A stretch of DNA of 61,798 nucleotides, filler included, from Nemertoderma westbladi (GCA_032718475.1; 3 parts of 3 records of this genome joined end to end with filler, not necessarily neighbours in it), one strand, 5' to 3'; counted from the first letter of the whole stretch, positions 46,456 to 60,195 are shown. A program made the numbers and translations. Notes: generated by a model from the sequence alone, not told the origin.

Positions 46456-49400
46456 AGGGATAGTCTTTGAGACTCAACAGCTTAATCGCCCAGTGGGTCG
46501 TTTATGTTTACTGGAAAGAGACAGAGAGCTCTCCGGAAACTGTGGAAGGCAAGATTCTCTTCCCACGACTACCTCCCTAATCCTTCAAACATCTAGGGAC
46601 TCCATAACGTAACAATATATGGAGTGGGTGTGTGACTCTATTATTTTATATTATTTTATTATTTTATATTTATGTATGTATTACTATGTAATTTTATTAT
46701 AATCGTTTTATTTAATTTTATTTAGTAGAATATTATTTAGCGATTATTTAGTAGAATAGTGCAATATATTCGTGTTTATTGCGTACGTAACTACTTATAT
46801 TATATTTAGTGCGACGGCAAGAAATAATTCTTTTCCTCTTTCCTTACTGTCCGTATTATATTATAAATACGTAACTACAGTAAGATGACATATCCGTACT
46901 TATTAAAGTACAATAAAGCCACTACTATATTCAAGTATTATTGGTAGGCAGAGTATTAGGAATGCAAAGTTCAGATCCTCGTGTCTCGGCTAAACCAAGC
47001 TCTGGGTAGACCTTGGAAACGACTTGCCTCTTCACACTGACATTGCTTCGTGCGATATTGCTCTCATACCGTATATTAAATAATACATATAGTAGCGTGA
47101 TGTCCCTTTAACAGTAGCGTATAACGCAAAATAAATCTGTTAAACCCTTTGACCATCTGTAATTCTAGTCGATTAAGATATCGCGGCACCCACCGATATA
47201 CTTGAAAGACAAATTCTAGAATCAGTGGTTAACGTCCCCAGACAAGTTCTGGAATAAATCGGTGCCCATCTCAAATATTAATTATTTAATATTTGCAAAT
47301 CTAATAAATCAACTCTGTAAAATTCAGATCCTTCAACAATTCTAGTCAATTAAGATATCGTAGCATTTACCGATATTCTTAAAAAGACAATTTTCATAGA
47401 ATTAAGGATCTTGTGTTCCCAGACATGTTCTAGAATCAAAATATGTCCATTTAATTATCAAATAATAAAATTTCAGGGAATCAATTTAAATTCATGCCTT
47501 TTAATGAATTTAATAAATTGCCATTTTTACGCAATTTATAACATTCCCAAAATTCCATTAATTAATAGATCAAGGGAGCGGAGATTTATCTTATTATGCG
47601 TATGAGTGTGAGAAAGTCTCCCAAACATAGTCAATAGCCGATAAAATTCATAAAGTCATGTATAAAACAGGACATTGACCATTAAAGAATTACTATTAAA
47701 TAACATCCCAGATCTGTATGCATTGGAATTACCCTAATTCTACTGCTAGCTTTACATAATGTCACCATAGCAACAACCACGCTAGAATTAGAATTGAGTT
47801 AAAAGAACAATAGACAGCTTGTCCCATTGAATAGCATAGGGAATAAACAGTGCACTGCTAGTATCCAAGGATACATGATAATAACGTGACATTCTGGAAG
47901 GCACTGACTAACGGACAAGTGACCCGAATGTGTGTAATTTGTGACAAGTTGTGTGTGTGGTATTTGTGAGTTTATAGGCGAATGTTACTACTAAGGTGTG
48001 TTTACAGTAGCGAGTCGCAATTGTGAAAGTAACCCTAACTCTCCAGTAAGAACCTGAGGTGTATCTAAGCCTTTGGGACGGACAGTCGAGTGACTTGTGC
48101 CGGTTGTCGTTGTCGTTGTGCGGCTACGTCGTTGGCGAAAGTACAGCGGCGACGACACATCGGCGCTGAGGATCTCGCACTGTCCGGGGGCTGATTGGGG
48201 TAGGCAGCGACGCTCGCTAGCCTAAATATAAACTCATTATAATATGGATAAACTCATATATAGGAGATATGACGGAGTTGATAGAAGATGGTCTTGGTAT
48301 CGGGGAGCGATATACTCTACTTTCAAACGTTTGTTGATAGCTTGATACGCGGTGATACTAGTCCAACTACTACGAAGGATGATGGTCGTTATATCGAACC
48401 TACGATTTCCTGGAAGTAACTTACGCGTGAATTGGACTATGGAAAATTCACCGCTCGCTACACGCATTGTAATGGTATGTATATGGACTTCTTAACCATT
48501 GGCCATTCTATCAATTTACACGATACGGACTATGTCGAACATATCCAACCCAGAGGAGTCGAAACGATAAACCAAAATTCTAATGCGAAAATCCTATTCG
48601 AAATCGACTCGAAAGAAAAGACATTAAAGAAACAAATAAACGCGGTAACTCCAACATATATTTGGAATTCTTGATAGAAGCATTGTAACAACAAATAAAT
48701 ATCACCCGCGTTTCTCCTTCAAGACGTGTGTCTTTGGTGTTATTGTGATGAATGCCCAAGACCCAACCAACAAACAGAAAGACATAAACATCCGCGGAGA
48801 CGTTGCTTTAAACACGGTTTTACTCGCTATATTTACGGGAGTTTCGAGCGAAACTTGTTTGATGTATCACCTACGCTCGTTCGACTCAGACGATCCTTAA
48901 ATAAACCCATGATCAGAGTTCCGGAATACTCGGTCAGACCTCCTCATTCCCAAGTGAGACCTCAAACTCTCGATCCTAATAGTATGACGGATCCTCCCGA
49001 GCTGTACTCACTACTCAAAGATCTAGTGTTACCTGAACAATTAGTCGGTGGCACCCCGGTTGTGGGCTTCCTAGATATTAACCCATTCTACCTAGACGGA
49101 TTGTGACACGGACACCTAATATCACTATCCAACCGTATGGTCGTCCCCGTTTAACGCGATACAACCCTTCATCAAGGTGAAGGAGAGCGTTGTACGAAAC
49201 GAGTTAAACGCTATTCTATAAAGATCAAAAAAGAAACCTGCGTTTGTTCAGATAAACGTAAGTTATAACAGTAAGTCCAATCGATAAACGAATTGGCCTT
49301 ATCTCAGTTCGATTGGGAAATCTCGAATCTCTAAGAAGATATCAAGCTTAGAAAACCCTATTCTCAGCGAGAGTTTTGGACGAACGTATCCCATGACAAG

Positions 49401-50890
49401 CGGAGGAAAATCAGCTCGAGGAGAAGCATATCGAAATGGACGAGACACCGACCGTAAACCCAAACCTTCTAATGCAATTGTATTGCACCCTTTACCCAGG
49501 AGTTATAGCCTTTCTAGTAAAGTGGCTCGCCCTAAAGAGAAAAGGACTCTTGCTGGCCTCGGGAAACTGCGTGAACGCCGTCCGCGCAAGAAAAACTAAC
49601 TGTTTAGAGTATCTTTATGTTTTAGAAACTGTGATTTTTATATTTTATAGACTGAAAATCCCATTTTCTGGGAGCGGTGTAAAAGCTTTTGCTGAATTGC
49701 CCGGTTATTTTTCCTTATTTTTCCCGTAAAATACTCTGTAGTTGGTTTAATAGGCGTAAGAGGCCGTATTATTGCTGTATCGGTGTTTTTAGAGGATATA
49801 AGAGCTATTTCTTCCGTATGCGTACTGTGGAAGGCATAGTTGATGATTCTATGGCAATTCCGTGACGCAAAAGGGGTTAGATACTCTTGAACAGTAGTTA
49901 CTATGACGACGGTTAACAGCTGACATTCATACGTGTTGATTTTCTTTGTTCTACGGCGTCTCTCAGTTCAGTCAGCCAATCAGAGCATTTTTATGGCTCT
50001 TGTACAGAAATTTCCTAGAAATCACTCAATGCTTATTGTGCAGTGTTTACATTCTGTCCTGAGCCAGGAGAGAGCGGCTTGGAAATATTTTGTGCTTTTC
50101 TGTTTTTAGCCTAACACTAGTAGGCTTAATTATAAGGACATATATCCGTTATCACTGAATCACTGTGCAACTCAACTTACTGAACTGCATGTACCACACA
50201 CTGGTGCATACTTTTATATTGTTATACTGCTATTTACTGTCGGTTCTTCATAATATGGTTGATGAATTATTATATTTGGAATAACGATAAATAACCCCGA
50301 AACCCCAATATTCTTGATATACCGAAGGTAAGAGAGAAAGGTTACATATAACGATTGTGACTTATGTTAAAGTGGTTTGAAGTGAATCTAATGTTATTTG
50401 ATAGACCCTACATGAGTCGGTCCGTGTTCCTTTTATATGTGACTAAAGTCAGTGAAGATCGGCAGATTAGTGTGCAGTATTGTGCAGCATTGTGTATGAG
50501 TGAGACTGATAACGAAGCATTTCCTAAAGAATGCGCCATATATGTGAATTATAACTAAGCCATATCGTTGTGAGTAGTTTAAGTCATAACTCTGTTTATA
50601 TAGAGAGAGCGCCACGTCCTAAAGGAACTGTTAATATTTCCCGAAGGTGAATAATATTGTCAGAGATTATATAATACTGTCAGTCGAATAATACATTAGG
50701 CTTACATAGCAATAAGATTAAGCCGTCGAACCCAATCTCCCGGGTATATCCAGCGGGTGAATGATCGCGCACAGATTGGTTTCGACTAGTGTAGTGAATC
50801 AAATACTTGTCATAGGCTAAAAGCGAATTATTATCTAGAAGACATCCTAATTTGGCGGGTTAAACTGCCAAAGGTCTGAAAGCGCGAACA
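46456..50890 (+). mobile_element. Second copy of the BEL/Pao element: integrase tail, PPT and putative 4260-bp LTR (46631-50890)
   Basis: Starts at the gap with FETQQLNRPVGRLCLLERDRELSGN; GGAGTGGGTG then TGTGAC; ends GCGCGAACA. Confidence 0.85.
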
Positions 50891-51595
50891 GACAGTGTAG
50901 TTAGTAGGGCCGACAGTGTAGTTAGTAGGTTAGTAGGGCCGACAGTGTAGTTAGTAGGTTAGTAGGGCCGACAGTGTAGTTAGTAGGGCCGACAGTGTAG
51001 TTAGTAGGTTAGTAGGGCCGACAGTGTAGTTACTAGGACCGACAGTGTAGTTAGTAGGTTAGTAGGGCCGACTCCGACAGTGTAGTTAGTAAGTTAGTAG
51101 AACCGACAGTATAGTTAGTAGGGCCGACAGTGTAGTTAGTAGGTTAGTAGGGCCAACAGTGTAGTTAGTAGGTTAGTAGGGCCGATAGTGTAGTTAGTAG
51201 GTTAGTAGGGCCGACAGTGTAGTTAGTAGGTTAGTAGGGCCGACAGTGTAGTTAGTAGGGCCGACAGTGTAGTTAGTAGGGCCGACAGTGTAGTTAGTAG
51301 GTTAGTAGGGCCGACAGTGTAGTTAGTAGGACCGACAGTGTAGTTAGTAGGTTAGTAGGGCCGACTCCGACAGTGTAGTTAGTAAGTTAGTAGGACCGAC
51401 AGTATAGTTAGTAGGGCCGACAGTTTAGTTAGTAGGGCCAACAGTGTAGTTAGTAGGTTAAGTTAGTAGGGCCGACAGTGTAGTTAGTAGGTTAGTAGGG
51501 CCGACAGAGTAGTTAGTAGGGCCGACAGTGTAGTTAGTAGGGCCGACAGTGTAGTTAGTAGGTTAGTAGGACCGACAGTGTAGTTAGTAGGTTAG
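50891..51595. repeat. Minisatellite GACAGTGTAGTTAGTAG(GTTAGTAG)GGCC, 21/29-bp units
   Basis: Tandem array begins immediately after the LTR CA. Confidence 0.95.
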
Positions 51596-51747
51596 AAACT
51601 TAGGCCTCTTATGCCTCTTTACTAACTTACATTGGAGGACCTGTTACTGTAGTACGTCAGTATTGCTGTCAGTATTGCTGTAAAGACTGTAATACATGAG
51701 TGAGTGAATAAGCGGTTCCATCGTATTTCGAGTGACGTATTTTGAGA

Positions 51748-54700
51748 ATGTCGGCCTGTTGCGGCTGCAGTTTGGATCGCTGTAAGACCAGGAAGTGCGG
51801 CTGCGTAAAGGCCGGCGAACGGTGCACCAGCTGTGCGCCGGGGAAGAATGGCAAGTGCGACAACGGAGCGGGGTCGGCAGTGCTGACAGGATCGTATTCG
51901 CAGCCGCTACCCAGTCGGGATGCTGTTCCTCCAATCTTTCTGTCTCAACCGGTGGATCAGATGACGACCGAACCTGAACTAGATGATACGTTGAAGGACC
52001 TCGATGAAACTCTGACGGGCTCCCCTACTCAGTCGGATCCCCCTACTCAACCGGATCCCCCTAGTCAGACGGTACCCCCTCCTCGGTTCTTAGGTCCCCC
52101 TACTCAGTTGGTGTCCCTTACGCAACCGGGTGTTGTAACTCTATTGGGGCCCCCTAGCCGGACGGATCCCCCTACTCAGTTCTTGGGTCCCCCTACTCAG
52201 TTGGATCCCCCTACTCAGACGGATCCCCCTACTAAGTTCTTGGGTCCCCCTACTCAGTTGGTCTCGTTTACGCAGCTGGGTGTTGTATCTCAGTTGGGTC
52301 CCCCTAGCCAGACGGATCACCCTACTCAGTTCTTGGGTCCCCCTACTCAGTTGGATCCCCCTACTCAGACGGATCCCCCCACTCAGACAGATCCCCCTAC
52401 TCAGACGGATCTCCATACTCAGTTCTTGGGTCCCCCTACTCAATACTTGGGCCCCCCTACGCAGTTGGATCCCCTACTCAGTTGGAACCCCTTACTCAGT
52501 TGGATCCCCCTACTCAGACGGATCCCCCCACTCAGACAGATCCCCCTACTCAGACGGATCTCCATACTCAGTTCTTGGGTCCCCCTACTCAATACTTGGG
52601 CCCCCCTACGCAGTTGGATCCCCTACTCAGTTGGAACCCCTTACTCAGTTGGATCCCCCTACTCAGACGGATCCCCCTACTCAGTCGGTGTCCCTTACGC
52701 AGCCGGGTGTCCTAACTCAGTTGGGTCCCCCTAGCCAGACGGATCCCCCTACTCAGTTCTTGGACCCCCCTACTCAGTTGGATCCCCCTACTCAGACGGA
52801 TCCCCCCACTCAGACAGACCCCCCCTACTCAGACGGATCCCCCTACTCAGTTCTTGGGTCACCCTACTCAGTTGGGGCCACCCTGTCATACGGGTCCACC
52901 TACAAATGATGCAGGTCTCGCACATCAGCCTGGTGCATCTAGTCTGTTGTACCTCCCTACCCAGACGGGTCCCACACTTACTGGTGACACAACTCACTTC
53001 GGCCGGCACTGGAGTACGAACCCACCCGTCAACACGGACCCGCAGGACCTGATGGTGAGGGCTTTTGGGGCCCCCTTGGTTGGGAAGGGGCCCGCGCCGG
53101 ATTGTCTCCTCCATCAGTGGAGACGAGCTACCCAGCTGTGTGGTGCAAAGTATAGACTGCCAGGGGGCGCTGTAGTGAGAGATGTAGTCGAGCTGCTGGC
53201 GGCAGAGTCGAGGGCCTTCTTAACGGAGCTGCACAACAACTCCGCCAATGCGCGCTCGGAGCAGATCCTGGTAGCCGAGTCGCTGCTCCTCCACCGTGAC
53301 CCAAAGGTCATGAAGGCGGCTGATATCCATCGCCTTCTAATACGTAGACTGGAGATGTGGAGGTCTGGGCAGCTTGAGGCGCTGCTTCAAGAGGCTGAAC
53401 GCAGCTCCCTTAAGTTTGGGAAGGGTCAGAAGGGTAAACGTAAGTCGGCCGAGGATGACAAAGAGAACACGGTCCGTGTGTTCACTCGCTTGATGCTGGA
53501 AGGGAAGATCCGCAGCGCAGTAAGATGGGTAACGAGTCGGGAGAGAGGGGGAGTGTTAGATCCCAATAATGAGGTGGATAGGGGAGGGCAGAAGGTTAAG
53601 GTCATTGACCTTTTACGAGCCAAGCATCCCCCTGCTTCCCCGCCCCCGCCAGAATCTCTAATCCAAACCAACCAGGACCTCCCTACTCGAGTGGATGTGG
53701 ACATCACAGCCTCGCATATCGAGACTGCAGCGCACCAACTACACGGCGGCGCTGGACCTGCCGGGACTGACTCAACGCGGTGGGGCGACTTCCTCCTCCG
53801 GTATGGTGCCCACAGTGAATGCCTCCGTGACTCAGTCGCGGGAATAGCGAGAGCCCTCGCGAACTCAGTCGTACCCTGGGAGTCGGTGCGTGCCCTGATG
53901 TCCTGCTGTTTGATCGCCCTGGACAAGTGCCAGGGGTCCATCCGATCGGCATCGGGGAATGTCTGTGGTGGATTCTCGGCCGATCCATGGCGGAAGCGAC
54001 GGGCGATGACGTCACTGCGACCTGTGGCGCCGAGCAGCTCTCCACCGGCACGTCAGCCGGGGTCGAGGCCGCCGCCACACGATGGCGGAGTTGTTTGAGG
54101 AGTGGAAGGAGGACGGCTGGGGCGGGGGGTTCTCCTCATTGACGCGTCCAATGCGTTCAACTCGCTGAACCGGACGGCTGCGTTGTGGAACGCCCGCCAG
54201 CTGTGGCCCAGGTGATCCCTGTTTCTATTTGATTGCTACAGGGGGCACAGTATCCTAACCATCCGCGGGACAGAGGAGATACTATTCAGCGAGGAGGGAA
54301 CCACTCAAGGGGACCCCCTCGCGATGCTGGAGTACTCCTGGATGACTCGTCTGCGGCTGGTAAACTGCAACTCATCCTTGAGTGGTTCCTCGAATTGCAG
54401 CGGTTCGGCCCAACCCTCGGATACTTCCCCGAACCCAGCAAAAGCTACCTCGTGGTAGCTCCCCAATTCATGGAGGAAGCAGAAGGAGTGTTCGGAGGCC
54501 ATTCTGTGAACATTGTGATGGGAAATCGATTCCTCGGGGGATTTCTTGGTGGAGACACTGAAAGGAAGGGTTTCGTTCACGCCAAGGTTGCTGCCTGCTG
54601 GGTAGCCTCGGTGGACCGTCTCGCCGAGATGGCAGAGTCACAGCCCCAAGCCGCATTCGCCGCCATGGCCTGCTCCCTCCAGAGGGAGTGGGCCTACCTA

Positions 54701-55830
54701 CAGCGGGTATCCCCTGATTGTGGTGACGAGTACCAGCCACTGGAGGAGGCAATCGTACAGAGATTCCTGCCGGCCATCTTTGGCGGCCCAATCTCCTCCA
54801 ACGAACGCAGTTTGTTCGCCCTCTCCCCATGGATGGCAGGAATTGGACTGCGGAATCCCGCAACCGAGGCCCCACATTCATACGCCGTATCGGGGGCGGG
54901 AACCAGATCCCTTGCCGAGACCATTTTGGGACACCGCGAGTTCTCCAAAGCGCAACACCTCAGTTGTCTACAGCGGGCAAGGAAGGAAGGACGGGAGCAG
55001 CAGCTTGGGAGGGAGAAATCCAACTTGGAAGCTGTACTGGAGGAACTGTCACCGGACCGCCGGCGGACTGTACAACGTACCGCGGACTTCCGTTCGAGTG
55101 GGTGGATCTCCTCCCTGCCCATGGCCGACCACCAGATGGACTTTTCCCCCTTGGAGTTCCGGGACGCGCTGGCAATCCAATACGGCCGCCCCCTGGCGGT
55201 GGTGCCGAGCCGGTGCGATGGGTGCGGGGCTGCCTTCGATTTAAACCATGGTTTAAATTGTAAAAAAGGCGGCCTCGTTATACAGCGCCATAACGAACTA
55301 CAGGACGTGGTTGGAGACCTCGCAACTATGGCTTTCGGACCTCGTAACGTAGTCTGTGAGCCGGTTATCCGCGAGCAGCAGGGAGTTGAGGGCGCCGCAG
55401 GTCTTCGGTGCGATGTGGGGATATGGGGTGCACTAAACCCACAGACCCAGGCGTTGATAGACATTCGGGTTATCAACCTTGATGCCGGGTCCTATGTGAG
55501 TCGCACCCCAATGTCTGTCCTCGAGTTGGCGAAGACCAAAAGAAGCGGCTGTACGCGGAAGCAGTGACGGCACGACGGGGCGACTTCTCTCCGTTTGTTG
55601 CGTCCTGTGACGGCGTACTCACTCCGCAGGCGAACCACCTCCCCCGTATCTTGGCTGATAGGCTGCACCGTTCCTGGGGGCGACCTTTCAGCACCACGAT
55701 GGGTTGGGTCCGAACTCGCGTCCAGTTCGCGATAATTCGCGGGGCCTCCCATTGTCTACGGGGCTCGCGGGTGAAGTGGAGAAGTGGGCAGGGGTTTGAG
55801 GACGGTGCTGGGCTGCCAAGCAGTATTTAG
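51748..55830 (+). pseudogene. CRE polyprotein ORF split by frameshifts, a stop and a deletion before the RT DD motif
   Basis: ORF-track pieces 51742-52734, 52854-54098, 53927-54142, 54233-55567 and 55564-55830 join into one RT-RLE protein. Confidence 0.85.
52020..52875 (+). repeat. Coding minisatellite of 18-21-bp units (GATCCCCCTACTCAGACG; DPPTQT/LGPPTQ) inside the CRE ORF
   Basis: Repeated CCCCCTACTCAG cores; single-base losses shift the frame. Confidence 0.9.
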
Positions 55831-56013
55831 AACAGCATTGGAGCCATGGCTGTACTGGTAGGCCTACTGTAATACTTTTATTTGTGTTTATTTCTATATT
55901 ATTTTAAATGTTACTAGGATACACTGTGGAAACAGCTGGTGGCGGGTTTGCTATAGTTTTTTTGGTTTAATGTGCTATTATGTGTTTTTTATGTTAATAT
56001 ACCTCTGTGATTG

Positions 56014-56284
56014 GTAGGTTAGTAGGGCCGAAAGTGTAGTTAGTAGGTTAGTAGGGCCGACAGTATAGTTAGTACGTTAGTAGGGCCGACAGTGTAGTTA
56101 GTAGGGCCGACAGTGTAGTAAGTAGGGCCAACAGTGTAGTTATTAGGTTAGTAGGGCCGACAGTGTAGTTAGTAGGTTAGTAGGGCCGACAGTGTAGTTA
56201 GTAGGGCCGACAATGTAGTTAGTAGGGCCGACAATGTAGTTAGTAGGGTCGACAATGTAGTTATAGGTTAGTAGGGCCGACAGT
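56014..56284. repeat. Continuation of the GTTAGTAGGGCCGACAGTGTA minisatellite
   Basis: Same unit and orientation as 50891-51595. Confidence 0.95.
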
Positions 56285-56536
56285 AGTTTGTAAGTATACA
56301 AGCAATGTGTGAATTGGGGGAAGAATTGGGCGCCCTATAGGTAGTTTTAACAGACCTGCTTTGTCTGGAAGGAACGACCACGTCAAACCTTTCCGTGGTG
56401 AGGCCATATTCTGGCTGGTATTGTGTTTGAATTTTTGCTTGTGTTACCGTTCAGTTCATCAACCGCCGTTGATGAGATACCAGCATTTATTTTTCGCTTT
56501 TTATTCAGCCATGCAATTAATTCTTGCATTGAAAAT

Positions 56537-59305
56537 CTGCGCCAACAGGTTGTCGACCTGTTGCACTCTGCCCAGAGTTCTTCGTTGTCTCGCATAACTG
56601 CACCAACAGGTTGTCGACCTGTTACACTCTGCCCAGAGTTCTTCGTTGTCTCGCATAACTGCGCCAACAGGTTGTCGACCTGATGAACTCTACCCAGTTC
56701 GTTGTCTCGCATAACTGCGCCAACAGGTTGTCGACCTGTTGCACTCTGCCCAGAGTTCTTCGTTGTCTCGCATAACTGCGCCAACAGGTTGTCGACCTGT
56801 TGCACTCTGCCCAGAGTTCTTCGTTGTCTCGCATAACTGCGCCAACAGGTTGTCGACCTGTTGAAATCTACCCAGTTCGTTGTCTCGCATAACTGCGCCA
56901 ACAGGTTGTCGACCTGTTGCACTCTGCCCAGAGTTCTTCGTTGTCTCGCAAAACTGCGCCAACAGGTTGTCGACCTGTTGCACTCTGCCCAGAGTTCTTT
57001 GATGTCTCGCATAACTGCGCCAACAGGTTGTCGACCTGTTGAACACTACCCAGTTCGTTGTCTCGCATAACTGCGCCAACAGGTTGTCGACCTGTTGCAC
57101 TTTGCCCAGAGTTCTTCGTTGTCTCGCATAACTGCGCCAACAGGTTGTCGACCTGTTGCACTCTGCCCAGAGTTCTTCGTTGTCTCGCATAACTGCGCCA
57201 ACAGGTTGTCGAACTGTTGAACTCTACCCAGTTTGTTGTCTCGCATAACTGCACCAACAGGTTGTCGACCTGTTGCACTCTGCCCAGAGTTCTTCGTTGT
57301 CTCGCATAACTGCGCCAACAGGTTGTCAACCTTTTGAACTCTGCCCAGTTCGTTGTCTCGCCTAACTGCGCCAACAGGTTGTCGACCTTTTGAACTCTGC
57401 CCAGTTCGTTGTCTCGCCTAACTGCGCCAACAGGTTGTCGACCTGTTGCACTCTGCCCAGAGTTCTTCGTTGTCTCGCATAACTGCGCCAACAGGTTGTC
57501 GACCTGTTGAACTCTACCCAGTTTGTTGTCTCGCATAACTGCGCCAACAGGTTGTCGACCTGTTGCACTCTGCCCAGAGTTCTTCGTTGTCTCGCATAAC
57601 TGCGCCAACAGGTTGTCGACCCATTGCACTCTGCCCAGAGTTCTTCGTTGTCTCGCATAACTGCGCCAACAGGTTGTCGACCTGTTGAACTCTGCCCAGA
57701 GTTCTTCGTTGTCTCGCATAACTGCGCCAACAGGTTGTCGACCTGTTGCACTCTGCCCAGAGTTCTTCATTGTCTCGCATAATTGCGCCAACAGGTTGTC
57801 GACCTGTTGAACTCTGCCCAGAGTTCTTCGTTGTCTCGCATAACTGCGCCAACAGGTTGGCAACCTGTTGAACTCTGCCCAGAATTCTTCGTTGTCTCGC
57901 ATACCTGCGCCAACAGGTTGGCGACCTGTTGAACTCTGCCCAGGGTTCTTCGTTGTCTTGCATAATTGCGCCAACAGGTTGTCGACCTGTTGAACTCTAC
58001 CCAGTTTGTTGTCTCGCATAAAAAACTGCGCCAACAGGTTGTCGACCTGTTGCACTCTGCCCAGAGTTCTTCGTTGTCTCGCATAACTGCGCCAACAGGT
58101 TGTCGACCTGTTGCACTCTGCCCAGAGTTCTTCGTTGTCTCGCATAACTGCGCCAACAGGTTGTCGACCTGTTGAACTCTGCCCAGAGTTCTTCGTTGTC
58201 TCGCATAACTGCGCCAACAGGTTGTCGACCTGTTGCACTCTGCCCAGAGTTCTTCATTGTCTCGCATAATTGCGCCAACAGGTTGTCGACCTGTTGAACT
58301 CTGCCCAGAGTTCTTCGTTGTCTCGCATAACTGCGCCAACAGGTTGGCAACCTGTTGAACTCTGCCCAGAGTTCTTCGTTGTCTCGCATACCTGCGCCAA
58401 CAGCTTGTCAACCTGTTGAATTCTGCCCAGAGTTCTTAGTTGTCTCGCATAACTGCGCCAACAGGTTGTCGACCTGTTGAACTCTGCCCAGAGTTCTTCG
58501 TTGTCTCGCATAATTGCGCCAACAGGTTGTCGACCTGTTGCACTCTGCCCAGAGTTCTTCATTGTCTCGCATAATTGCGCCAACAGGTTGTCGACCTGTT
58601 GAACTCTGCCCAGAGTTCTTCGTTGTCTCGCATAACTGCTCCAACAGGTTGGCAACCTGTTGAACTCTGCCCAGAGTTCTTCGTTGTCTCGCATACCTGC
58701 GCCAACAGCTTGTCAACCTGTTGAATTCTGCCCAGAGTTCTTAGTTGTCTCGCATAACTGCGCCAACAGGTTGTCGACCTGTTGAACTCTGCCCAGAGTT
58801 CTTCGTTGTCTCGCATAATTGCGCCAACAGGTTGTCGACCTGTTGAACTCTTCCCAGAGTTCTTCGTTGTCTCGCATAACTGCGTCAACAGGTTGGCGAC
58901 CTGTTGAACTCTGCCCAGGGTTCTTCGTTGTCTTGCATAATTGCGCCAACAGGTTGTCGACCTGTTGAACTCTGCCCAGAGTTCTTCGTTGTCTCCATAA
59001 CTGCGCCAACAGGTTGGCGACCTGTTGAACTCTGCCCAGAGTTCTTCGTTGTCTCGCATAATTGCGCCAACAGGTTGTCGACCTGTTGAACTCTGCCCAG
59101 AGTTCTTCGTTGTCTCCATAACTGCGCCGACAGGTTGGCGACCTGTTGAACTCTGCCCAGAGTTCTTCGTTGTCTCGTATACCTGCGCCAACAGCTTGTC
59201 AACCTGTTGAATTCTGCCCAGAGTTCTTAGTTGTCTCGCATAATTGCGCCAACAGGTTGTCGACCTGTTGAACTCTGCCCATAGTTCTTCGCTGTCTCTC
59301 ATAAC
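56537..59305. repeat. Satellite of 61-bp (and 56-bp variant) units with internal palindromes, ~45 copies
   Basis: Unit AACTGCGCCAACAGGTTGTCGACCTGTTGCACTCTGCCCAGAGTTCTTCGTTGTCTCGCAT. Confidence 0.96.
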
Positions 59306-59564
59306 GTAGGATATGGTTGAAGAGGCGCTTCACAAGATGAAGATATGAAAACTCAATGTACGTAGGTATTGGTTTTGACTCAGATAGTTTTATTAATACT
59401 GGTTTGCCATGTGGCGAGGCTTGTTAGTTGCTTTGTACTTAGATATTCTTAAGAAATGGGGAACATATCGGTAAATTAAATTCATTATGTCAATAATTAT
59501 ATAAGAATCCTTGTATAAGAACTCTTTGTAATTTACAACGTATTTATTGTATAAGTTTGTAGGG

Positions 59565-60060
59565 CAGTACTACTACTATCCTGCTATCGGCCTGCTACAT
59601 TGTAGCTATATTAAATATATATTAAGAATGCTGTGCCGGAAAGTAGACAAAAGTGCCCCGCCCCAACTTCCTATCACCCATGATATATGCTAGCTCATCC
59701 GCATCTTCAATGACAGTGCCCTTTAAGATGCGCCTCAAGAACGTCATGGGCTGTCAACCATGCTTATTCACTCCATGAGGCTGCCAAAGCACAAGATTAT
59801 GCACTGGCCAGTCCTCACGGCGAAAGCAAATGTCCTGCAAAGTGGAGGCGGTTCCGTTCAAACTAGGGAGACTAACGAAACACATCAAAGGTTGTATGAC
59901 TATAGAGTCTGATTTGGGATGTGTGCAGTGCATTGTACTTGACACAATGAACACGGCGTAGAATTCTTGTTCAGTTAGTGCCATCCAGAGATTTGGTATC
60001 ATCAGCAATTCGAGCCCAGCACGGACTCCCATATAAGAGTACTGGTACTACCGCTGCTCT
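59565..60060 (-). mobile_element. RTE-clade LINE 3' fragment
   Basis: FRAAVVPVLLYGSPCW...SLDGT and CFRREDWPVHNLVLWQPHG; same family as the 13.2-14.1 kb copy. Confidence 0.8.
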
Positions 60061-60182
60061 AAATATATATTTTTTTTTACTCAAAAGCCTCCGTATATTA
60101 TGATATATACAAACTAATAATTCAAATATAAAAACGCACATAAACAAGTACAAATATAACCCACCACCAGCTGATTCAAACT

Positions 60183-60195
60183 GTTACCTAGCAAC
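60183..60195. promoter_or_regulatory. Putative RFX X-box in a promoter-like cluster
   Basis: GTTACCTAGCAAC followed by ATTGG, CACGTCA, CCAATC and a GC-rich stretch. Confidence 0.4.

Larger units (their letters stand above)
51596..56013 (+). mobile_element. CRE-clade non-LTR retrotransposon (RT plus restriction-like endonuclease), apparently full-span but inactivated
   Basis: N-terminal Cys cluster; RT motifs [70 protein letters not shown]; C-terminal CDGCG..HGLNCKKGG..RHNELQD and RCDV..IDIRV. Flanked by the same minisatellite, possible TSD GTAGGTTAG. Confidence 0.85.

Noticed and set aside
56537-59305. CRISPR array or protein-coding gene (ORFs up to 456 aa)
   Set aside because: There are no unique spacers or cas genes and the context is eukaryotic. 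The ORFs come from a stop-free 61-bp unit read through rotating frames.
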